Below, in pieces: positions 1 through 7,580 of a DNA stretch of 64,000 nucleotides. Under the pieces are notes generated by a model. It was not told the origin of the DNA, made no database searches, and saw only the letters and a list, made by a program, of their open reading frames with translations. This DNA comes from Candidatus Aenigmatarchaeota archaeon (GTDB taxonomy: Archaea; Aenigmatarchaeota; Aenigmatarchaeia; QMZP01; QMZT01). The stretch is taken from NCBI GenBank assembly GCA_041489155.1, contig JBGPQP010000003.1, forward strand, positions 1 through 64,000, written 5' to 3'. The position numbers were made by a program, and so were the translations under genes. The number at the start of each line of letters is the position of its first letter. Within the stretch, counting starts at the first letter, position 1.

Positions 1-442
1 AGGAAAGGAGCTGTGGAGATTCATGACAGGCGGCAAGGTTTTCGGAGGCTCTGTGGTGTGGAATAACAGGCTGTTTTTCGGGTCCTATGACTGCCGCTTG
101 TATTCTCTTGACATGCAGGGCAGGGAAATATGGAGCTTCGCGACGTCCAACCTTTCCATGGTTTTTCTTCCGCCGCCGCATGACGCCTTCGAGCTGAAGG
201 TCAAAAAAAGCGCTGTCCCGGAGGACGCGGTTTCCGAGGAAAAATACAGAAAAAAAAGAGGCGAAGAAACGATTTCCCTGTCGGATTATCATGTGACTTC
301 CGAATATTCAACAACGTCAGAGTACAAACATAAAAGCGACTACGACACGAGTTTCGTGATGTTTGAAAACGTTTTCGAGGTTGAAAACATATGGATTTCG
401 GATTCGAAGGCTTTGAAGCCGAGCTTGAAGACTTCGAAGTGA
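1..442 (+). CDS. PQQ-type beta-propeller repeat protein, paralog 1 (5' truncated by window edge)
   Basis: Frame open from position 2 (GKELWRFMTGG...); last blade FFGSYDCRLYSLD..GREIWSF; C-terminal tail shared with the next two ORFs. Confidence 0.85.
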   Translation, partial: GKELWRFMTGGKVFGGSVVWNNRLFFGSYDCRLYSLDMQGREIWSFATSNLSMVFLPPPHDAFELKVKKSAVPEDAVSEEKYRKKRGEETISLSDYHVTSEYSTTSEYKHKSDYDTSFVMFENVFEVENIWISDSKALKPSLKTSK

Positions 443-1737
443 AGAAGGTCAAGAAATGGGACAGGGTTTTCAAGATAGGCGAAGGCGGAAGCTTCTGCTT
501 CACCATGATGCATGAAGGCGTGATATACGCTTCCAGCGGAGACCATTACGTTTACGCGATAGATGCAAAAACGAGCAGGGAGATATGGAAGTTCCGCACC
601 AACGACTGCAATTACGGCTCTCCCTCGACGGATAGCAGGCTTGTTTTCATCCCCTCTTATGACAACCACCTCTACGCGGTCGACATCAAAACCGGCAGGG
701 AGGTCTGGAGATTCCGCACGTCAGGCAAGCTCTTCAGCACCCCCGGCGTTGGCGGAGGCATGGTGGTTTTCGGTTCGGAGGACGAAAACCTGTACGCGCT
801 TTCCACCGATACGGGCAAGCTCTTGTGGCGCTTCAAGACTGGCGGTTTCGTCGCCTCCTCGCCGACATTACACGAAGGCAGGGTTTTATTCGCTTCGTGC
901 GATCATAATTTTTACTGCGTCGACGCGAGAACCGGCAAAGAAATCTGGAGGTTCGCCACGGGCGACGAAATACAAGTCAACAGGCCGGTTACGATAAGCA
1001 ACGGCAGGATGTACTTCTCTTCGCTGGACAATTACCTTTACTGCCTCGACGTCAGGAACGGGAAGGAGATATGGCGTTTCAGGACGGGTAAATACGGAAA
1101 CGTCACATCACCTTCGCTATACAAGAACAGGCTTTACCACCCATGCAGGGACGGCATTGTTTACTGCCTTTCGCTTGAAGGCAAGGAGCTATGGAGATTC
1201 CAGGCAGGGGCTTTCGTGGCAAGGGTTCTGGTGAAGGACGACGTGGTGTATTTCGGTTCTGAGGACACGTATTTCTATGCAGTTGATGTGAATACCGGCA
1301 AGGAAATATGGAGATTCAAGACGGGAGGAAGCGTCTACGACGAGGCAAAAATAACAGGCAACGTCTTATGCTTCGGCGGCTGGGACTGCAATTATTACGT
1401 GCTTGATGTTAGAACAGGCAAAGAGATGTGGCGCTTCCAGAGCAGCAGCCAGCAGCAGTCCTACGCCCCACCGATTGCCGACGAGTATGCGCTGGTTATA
1501 AGGAAAGCAACTCACATAGAAGACGCGATAAGTGAGGACAAATACGCCTCGAAGGCGGAGGGAAGCGTCTCGCTTTCTGACTATCATGTGAAGAGCGAAT
1601 ACTCGATGGAAAGCGAATACAAGCAGAAGTCTGACTACGGTGTTAAGTTTGTCATGTTTGAAGATGTTATGGAAGGAGAAGAACTATGGACGTTGGCTTT
1701 GAAGGCTTTGGCACAGCAGACTTTGATGTCGAAATAG
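391..1737 (+). CDS. PQQ-type 8-bladed beta-propeller protein, paralog 2
   Basis: Eight repeats of [VI]YFGSxDxx[LV]YC[LV]DxxTGKExWRFxT; SD-like GAGGTTGA upstream; no signal peptide. Confidence 0.9.
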   Translation: MDFGFEGFEAELEDFEVKKVKKWDRVFKIGEGGSFCFTMMHEGVIYASSGDHYVYAIDAKTSREIWKFRTNDCNYGSPSTDSRLVFIPSYDNHLYAVDIKTGREVWRFRTSGKLFSTPGVGGGMVVFGSEDENLYALSTDTGKLLWRFKTGGFVASSPTLHEGRVLFASCDHNFYCVDARTGKEIWRFATGDEIQVNRPVTISNGRMYFSSLDNYLYCLDVRNGKEIWRFRTGKYGNVTSPSLYKNRLYHPCRDGIVYCLSLEGKELWRFQAGAFVARVLVKDDVVYFGSEDTYFYAVDVNTGKEIWRFKTGGSVYDEAKITGNVLCFGGWDCNYYVLDVRTGKEMWRFQSSSQQQSYAPPIADEYALVIRKATHIEDAISEDKYASKAEGSVSLSDYHVKSEYSMESEYKQKSDYGVKFVMFEDVMEGEELWTLALKALAQQTLMSK

Positions 1738-3062
1738 AGGACATCGAGGTCAAGAAAGCTGGCAAGTTTGACAGGCTTTTCAAGATAAGGGAAGGCGGAA
1801 GCATATGCTACACCCTTCTTCGTGACAACAGACTATATTTCGGCGCATGCGATGGCTACGTGTATGCCATGGATGCCGGCAGCGGGGAGGAGCTGTGGCG
1901 CTTCAAGACTGGAGGGGTCATAGTCGGCAGGTGCGCGCTGGAAGGCGGAAAGCTTTTTGCAGGCTCCTACGACGGCAGAGTGTACGCCATAGATGCCGGA
2001 AGCGGCAAGGAGCTTTGGCGCTACAAAACTGGTGGCGAGATATACGGCGGTCCTGCTGCGCATGAAGGTAAGGTTTATTTCGGTTCCAACGACGGGTCTG
2101 TTTACTGTTTGAATGCCAAAACAGGAAAAGAGATATGGAGGTTCAGGACGGGTGACTGGGCGGCCTGCGCACCCTTGGTCCACGATAACAAGGTTTACAC
2201 GGGTTCCTTCGATTCGTATTTCTACTGCATAGATGCTGAAAGCGGTAAGGAGATATGGCGTTTCAGAACGGGCGACCACGTGCTGCTTGATTTACCTCCG
2301 CTTTTGCATGAAGGAAAGGTTTACTTCGCCTCCTTTGACAATTACCTGTATTGCTTGGACTGCGAAACAGGGAAGGAAGTCTGGCGTTTCAAAACAGGCA
2401 AATATGGCAACAACAACGCGCCAGTGGTTTATGAAAACATGCTCATACAAGGCACGAGAGACGGAATACTCTACGCAATAACAATGGAAGGCAAGGAAAT
2501 ATGGAGATTCAAGGCAATGGGCGAGGGCATACTCACAAAAGCTTCCGTTAAAAATGACAGGATATATTTCGGGACGGAATCGAACAACCTTTATGTTCTT
2601 GATTTGGACGGCAAGGAAATATCCAGATTCAGGGCAGGCGGCTTTGTGTACGACCCGCCGAACTTCTTTGGCAATTTCGCCCTTTTCGCCTCATGGGATT
2701 GCCACATCTACTGCGTTGACATAAAGACGATGAAAGAAACATGGAGATTCACCACAAGCACGGTTGTCCAGGCTGTTTATCCGCCTCCTTACAAGGGCTG
2801 GAAGGCGGAAGTGAAGAAGCAGACCCACATCGAAGACGCCGTTTCAGAAGAAAAATACAAAAAGAAAAAGGATGAAGAAAGCGTTTCGCTGTCGGATTAC
2901 CACGTCGCGTCGGAATACGCGACAACATCCGAATACAAACAAAAAAGCGACTATGACACGAGTTTCGTGATGTTTGAAGAAACGGCGAGGGAAACGCTGG
3001 AGCCGCAATTTTTAAATAAGCCGCACAATTTAGTTCTATGGACTTCAGGCGCGAGCAGATGA
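1686..3062 (+). CDS. PQQ-type 8-bladed beta-propeller protein, paralog 3
   Basis: Eight GKExWRF blades; N- and C-terminal extensions homologous to paralog 2. Confidence 0.9.
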   Translation: MDVGFEGFGTADFDVEIEDIEVKKAGKFDRLFKIREGGSICYTLLRDNRLYFGACDGYVYAMDAGSGEELWRFKTGGVIVGRCALEGGKLFAGSYDGRVYAIDAGSGKELWRYKTGGEIYGGPAAHEGKVYFGSNDGSVYCLNAKTGKEIWRFRTGDWAACAPLVHDNKVYTGSFDSYFYCIDAESGKEIWRFRTGDHVLLDLPPLLHEGKVYFASFDNYLYCLDCETGKEVWRFKTGKYGNNNAPVVYENMLIQGTRDGILYAITMEGKEIWRFKAMGEGILTKASVKNDRIYFGTESNNLYVLDLDGKEISRFRAGGFVYDPPNFFGNFALFASWDCHIYCVDIKTMKETWRFTTSTVVQAVYPPPYKGWKAEVKKQTHIEDAVSEEKYKKKKDEESVSLSDYHVASEYATTSEYKQKSDYDTSFVMFEETARETLEPQFLNKPHNLVLWTSGASR

Positions 3063-3997
3063 TAAAGAGGGCGTATGACAGGTCTTTTTTCCTCACGGTC
3101 AGGAACCCGCTTTACGTAGAGGGCATAAAGGCGATCATAGGCAGCCTGCTTAACCAGGACGTTGGCCAGGGCGACGTGACGAGCGAAGCGCTGCTTTCCG
3201 ACAAAAAAATAAAGGCGATCATCCACGCCAAGGAGCACGGCGTTCTGGCGGGCGGCGACGAATTCTCGTGGCTCTACGCCGAGAACGGCGTCGAAGTGAA
3301 GCGAAGGAAAAAGGACGGCGAAACCTTCGCCGCCAAGGACATTCTTTTCGAAGTCGAAGGCCCGGAAAAGGCGATATTGAAACTCGAAAGAACGGGCCTC
3401 AACATCCTCCAGCGCATGAGCGGCATAGCAACCGAGACGCGGAGGATAGCCGACAAAATAAGGAAGGAAGGCTTCAAGACTGCGGTCACTGCCACGAGGA
3501 AGACGCCGTGGGGCTACCTTGACAAGAGGGCGGTCACAGTAGGCTCGGGCTTTTCCCACAGGCTCGGCCTCCACGAGTCCGTCATGATAAAGGACAACCA
3601 CCTCGCCTCGCTGAAAAACCAGGGAATGAAAAACCCGGTAGACTTCGCCATCGACAAGGCATGGGAAAAGCGCAAGAGGAGCGTGTTCATAGAGATAGAG
3701 GTCAAGGACCAGAAGGAAGCGCTAGCTGCCGCGAGGAAGTTCAGGAAGTTGCAGGAGCAGTGGAGGGACAGCAAGCCCTGCATAATAATGCTCGACAACA
3801 TGGCGCCCGCCGATGTGAAAAAAATCGTGGCCTCCATGAAGAGGGCGAAGCTTTACGACTTCATCCTGCTCGAGGCGTCAGGCAACGTCAGCGAGGACAA
3901 CATCATAGACTTCGCCAGGGCAGGCGCCGACGCCTGCTCGCTGGGGAAAATAACCCATTCTATAAAAGTGATAGACATCAGCCAAAAAATAATCTGA
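3038..3997 (+). CDS. nadC: Quinolinate phosphoribosyltransferase
   Basis: GDVTS, ERTGLN..QRMSGIAT, TRKT, HRLGL, IKDNH, IEIEV, IMLDN, EASG motifs; start could be 3038 or 3059. Confidence 0.93.
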   Translation: MDFRREQMIKRAYDRSFFLTVRNPLYVEGIKAIIGSLLNQDVGQGDVTSEALLSDKKIKAIIHAKEHGVLAGGDEFSWLYAENGVEVKRRKKDGETFAAKDILFEVEGPEKAILKLERTGLNILQRMSGIATETRRIADKIRKEGFKTAVTATRKTPWGYLDKRAVTVGSGFSHRLGLHESVMIKDNHLASLKNQGMKNPVDFAIDKAWEKRKRSVFIEIEVKDQKEALAAARKFRKLQEQWRDSKPCIIMLDNMAPADVKKIVASMKRAKLYDFILLEASGNVSEDNIIDFARAGADACSLGKITHSIKVIDISQKII

Positions 3998-4017
3998 ATA
4001 TTGAGTTAGGTTTTTTG

Positions 4018-5349
4018 TTATTTCTGCTCTTCTTCGGCGTCTTCTGTGTTTATCTCTTTAATCTCCTCGGGCTTCAGCTCTGAAGCGTCCTCGGGAATCT
4101 CCTTGAGCTCCTCTTCCTTCAGTCCGGCTCTGGTTCCGCTTTCACCGGTTTCTGTATGGAATTCGTACATGGGCAGTTTCGCCATCTGCTTGGACGCGAT
4201 GTCGTTCCAGAGCTCGGCGAACCTGCTGTGCTTCGGTATGTCCGGGCCGAGGTTGCCGATTTTTATTATCGGCGAGTCCCAGACGAGCGCGAGGTCCGAG
4301 AGCCAGTCGTCCTCGGTCTCGCCTGACCTGTGCGATACGACGGGAATCATGCCGTTCTTCTTCATAAGCTTTACTACCTTGCTCACCTGGAGCAGCGTGC
4401 CGTACTGGTTCGGCTTTATTATCGCTGCATTGCTCGACCTCATCTGAACGCCCTTCGTTATCCTCTCGATGTTGGTGCAGTAAAGGTCGTCTCCGACGAT
4501 GAGCCTGTGCTTCAGCCGCCTGTGCAGCTCCGCGAAGCCGGCGAAATCCTCCTCGTGTAGCGGGTCCTCGATAAAATAGAGATCGTAAACTTCCGCAACC
4601 CTCGTAACGGCGTCAAGCTGCTTGTCCGGACTGAGCTTCTTGTTCATAGACTTGTAGACGTATTCCTTGCCATTCCAGAACGACGAAGCCGCGAAGTCAA
4701 TCCCCAGTTTAACCTGGAAATCCTCGGCCATGGATGAAAGCAAATCGAGCGTCTTCAGGTCATCGATTTTCGCTGTCCAGGCATTTTCGATGTTCCTGCT
4801 CAGCAGCCAGTCCTGCTTTTTCAGCTCTTCGCCAACGACTTTCCAGAACTCGTAGTTTATGCTTGTCGCCTCCATCGGCGTTTTCGCCCTGTAGGGCAGA
4901 ACCAGGAATTCCTGCCAGGTCGTCGCGCCGCCGTGCGCTCCGCCGCCTATCACATTGCCTATGGGGAATGGGAAGCGGTAGCGTTCCCTCGCGCCCCTCA
5001 GCCTCCAGAGCTCATTCGCAGTCGATGCCTTTGCTATCGCCAGCGAAAGCCCGAGCGCCAGGCTTATGCCAAGGTTTTTGTAGCCTTTCGAATTGTCTGT
5101 CTGCTCGATTATCTCGTCCGCGGTAATCCAGTCGCTCTCGTCGAGGCCGATGAAGTTCTTCCTGACCTTCGGGAAGATTTCTGTTATTTTCGCCATCGGC
5201 AGGTCCTTCGCCTCGTTCTTGCCCTTCGACGTCCCTGACGGCACCGTCGCCCAGTAGAAAGAGTTCGTCGTCTGCACCTTGACCTTCAGGGCGTGGTCGC
5301 CTTTGGCGTTGTAGACCGAGTAAACTCTCACGTCCTTTATCATGGTCAT
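4018..5349 (-). CDS. eno: Enolase (divergent, acidic C-terminal tail)
   Basis: VPSG, GGAH, QEF, DFAAS, IEDP, VGDDL, KPNQ, SHRSGETED; next to rpoK as is usual in archaea. Confidence 0.9.
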   Translation of the reverse strand: MTMIKDVRVYSVYNAKGDHALKVKVQTTNSFYWATVPSGTSKGKNEAKDLPMAKITEIFPKVRKNFIGLDESDWITADEIIEQTDNSKGYKNLGISLALGLSLAIAKASTANELWRLRGARERYRFPFPIGNVIGGGAHGGATTWQEFLVLPYRAKTPMEATSINYEFWKVVGEELKKQDWLLSRNIENAWTAKIDDLKTLDLLSSMAEDFQVKLGIDFAASSFWNGKEYVYKSMNKKLSPDKQLDAVTRVAEVYDLYFIEDPLHEEDFAGFAELHRRLKHRLIVGDDLYCTNIERITKGVQMRSSNAAIIKPNQYGTLLQVSKVVKLMKKNGMIPVVSHRSGETEDDWLSDLALVWDSPIIKIGNLGPDIPKHSRFAELWNDIASKQMAKLPMYEFHTETGESGTRAGLKEEELKEIPEDASELKPEEIKEINTEDAEEEQK

Positions 5350-5398
5350 CCTGATCCCACTAACCTGATTATAATTTTCATTCGCGGGTAGAAATAGC

Positions 5399-5578
5399 TT
5401 ATGTCGTCCTATTCTTGATCTCTATCGGGATCACGCCCGCGACCCACTCGATTTTCGCGATTTCCTTCGGGTCAGTCATGCCCTTCGGCAGCTTTATCAG
5501 TATCGGCGCTCCCTGCGCTATCTGCAGCGCCCTCGACGATATGATTCTCGCCCTTTCGTATCTCGTGTACTCTCTCAT
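5399..5578 (-). CDS. rpoK: RNA polymerase subunit K (Rpo6)
   Basis: TRYERARIISSRALQIAQGAP; GGTGA SD before ATG at 5578. Confidence 0.93.
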   Translation of the reverse strand: MREYTRYERARIISSRALQIAQGAPILIKLPKGMTDPKEIAKIEWVAGVIPIEIKNRTT

Positions 5579-5636
5579 GCATCTCACCTAATCATCTATT
5601 CGAACGACGCAGGTGGAACCTGCGTCCATCGCTCTT

Positions 5637-6440
5637 TCATCCTATATATCTGGTCTGCTCCTCGGCTTTCGTCCCCCTTTCCGCGGGTCCGGATTTCGTT
5701 ATTTCGGAAAGGGCGCGCCTCTGGAGCATCTCGACCTTCTTTATGAACTGTTCCATTTCCTTTACTTTCTTGTCGAGCTTCTTCATGTCAATTTGTATGT
5801 TCAGTATCTTGTTAAGCACATTTAAAATGTTTTCGGCTGCCTTGGGATCGGTCACGATGGGGAAGCCGGTCGTCTGGCCGAGCAGGCAGAGGCCTTCCTT
5901 GTCCTTCTGCTTCCACAGGCCGAGTAGCAATCCGACTGCTCCCACTATGTAGCCGACCTTGTCCCCGGCGTCGAAATTTATCTTGAATTTCTTGTACTTC
6001 TCCATCATCTTCTCGCTGGTGGCGGCGCCTACCACCTTGCTCTGCCCTTCCAGTTCTCCTGTGGTCAGGCCGCCTATCGTTATCACCTCGGTCACGCCGA
6101 GCTTCTCGGCGAAGTCGAGAATCTTGTCCGAAACCTCGTAGTGCCCCTGGGGCGAAAGCGACTGGCAGTCGCCGACTATCATGATGAGATCTCTTTGTCC
6201 CTTCTTTTTCGCCTTCCAGTAAAAGAACTCATTCTTGAGCAGGTGGATTTCGTATTTCTTCTGAAGCATTACGAAAGGAAAAAACCATTCCGAGTGCAGT
6301 TCGGCGAACTTTTTCGCCTTCAGCTCCTCCACTAGATAGCCGACTGCGACCCTTCCTATGTTGCCCACGCCCGGCAATCCCTCGATGAGAATGGCGTTCT
6401 TGAACTTTGGCGGCTTGCTCGTTATTTTTATTGAAGTCAT
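5637..6440 (-). CDS. Proteasome assembly chaperone (PAC2/PbaB family)
   Basis: LIEGLPGVGNIGR, GDCQ, ITIGG, DPKAA; SD GGTGA before 6440. Confidence 0.88.
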   Translation of the reverse strand: MTSIKITSKPPKFKNAILIEGLPGVGNIGRVAVGYLVEELKAKKFAELHSEWFFPFVMLQKKYEIHLLKNEFFYWKAKKKGQRDLIMIVGDCQSLSPQGHYEVSDKILDFAEKLGVTEVITIGGLTTGELEGQSKVVGAATSEKMMEKYKKFKINFDAGDKVGYIVGAVGLLLGLWKQKDKEGLCLLGQTTGFPIVTDPKAAENILNVLNKILNIQIDMKKLDKKVKEMEQFIKKVEMLQRRALSEITKSGPAERGTKAEEQTRYIG

Positions 6441-6548
6441 GAAAATCACCCCTGCTGGCTCGCTGGCGAGCAATAAGTTATTTGGTTTATCTCGTATTTA
6501 TACATTATTTATATATTAAATCCTTCAACCATAAAAGGTTAAAATAAA

Positions 6549-6743
6549 GCCCCGGTAGTCTAGTAAGCTCTTTTCAAGAAAGAGCTTAAGCAGAAAGGAT
6601 ATAGAGCGTATGACGCATACATAGTATGCGTCTATCGAAACTCCGCTTCGCTGCTTTTGCTTCCACATGAAAAGGGCTTGGGCGAAGGCCAAGGATATCG
6701 GACTCTCGATCCGATGACCCGGGTTCGACTCCCGGCCGGGGCA
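6549..6743 (+). tRNA. tRNA-Glu(CTC) with non-canonical D-loop intron (about 6564-6685)
   Basis: Acceptor GCCCCGG/CCGGGGC; anticodon arm TCGGA-CTCTCGA-TCCGA; T arm CCGGG-TTCGACT-CCCGG; D arm interrupted by 122 nt with BHB-like junction. Confidence 0.88.
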
Positions 6744-6852
6744 CTAACCTATTTAAATACCGAGGGCAATACAATAAAACAAAACTGATGAAACAGGCTG
6801 GAAAACTGACAGGGTTGGTTTTGGTTTGAATTTAAATTCTTGGGTGATTTAT

Positions 6853-7500
6853 ATGATGCCAGAAATGAATGAGAGAAAGATAGAGAAGCTGAAGACCGGG
6901 ACGACGACGCTGGGCATACTGGGAAAGGATTTTGTCGTTCTCGCCGCTGAAAGGAAGGCGACGATGGGATACCTTGTGGCGAGCAAGAACACGAAGAAGA
7001 TAATGCAGCTTGAGGACCACGTCGGCATGACCATCGCAGGCGACGTCGGCGACGCGCAGGCGCTCGAGAGATACATAAAGGCGGAGATAAGGCTATACGA
7101 ACTCGAGGAAGCGAGGAGGATACCGGTCAAGGCACTCGCTACTCTGGTTTCCAACATACTTTATGCCAGAAGCTATTACCCGTATTACGTGCAGCTGCTC
7201 ATAGGCGGCCACGACGGGAAGCCCAGGCTTTTCTCATTCGACCCGAGCGGCTCGATCATAGAGGAGAAGGATTACTTCTCGACGGGCTCGGGCTGTGTCA
7301 TGGCGCTGGGCGTGCTCGAGGACAAGTACAAGGAGGGGCTCGACTTGGAGACCGCCAAGAAGCTGGCGGTCCGCGCCATAAAAGCAGCGATCGAAAGGGA
7401 CATAGCTTCCGGAGGTTCCGGCATAGACGTCGTAGTCATAACGGCTAGGGGCTTCGCGAGCCTTGCGGAAGACGAGGTAAAGAACCTCATGAAGAACTGA
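6853..7500 (+). CDS. psmB: Proteasome beta subunit
   Basis: Propeptide then KTG/TTT catalytic Thr; AGDVGDAQ, GSG, RDIASG. Confidence 0.95.
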   Translation: MMPEMNERKIEKLKTGTTTLGILGKDFVVLAAERKATMGYLVASKNTKKIMQLEDHVGMTIAGDVGDAQALERYIKAEIRLYELEEARRIPVKALATLVSNILYARSYYPYYVQLLIGGHDGKPRLFSFDPSGSIIEEKDYFSTGSGCVMALGVLEDKYKEGLDLETAKKLAVRAIKAAIERDIASGGSGIDVVVITARGFASLAEDEVKNLMKN

Positions 7501-7580
7501 TTGAGCGAACCGGATTAAACCATTATGTTTTCAACCTGATGAAAAAACACGAGTTCAAATTTTGACACACAGGAGATACC

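Noticed and set aside
1..3062. Propeller repeats as a CRISPR array or diversity-generating retroelement target
   Set aside because: The repeats are degenerate in-frame protein repeats with synonymous variation; no fixed repeat-spacer pattern, no adenine-specific TR/VR pair, and no RT or cas gene in the window
3038..3062. nadC start 'MDF' as a vestige of a fourth propeller gene
   Set aside because: Similarity is limited to about 8-11 nt, and a TTTAAATA box at 3011-3018 explains the ATG as an ordinary leaderless start
6586..6774. 62-aa minus-strand ORF
   Set aside because: Antisense shadow of the intron-containing tRNA-Glu
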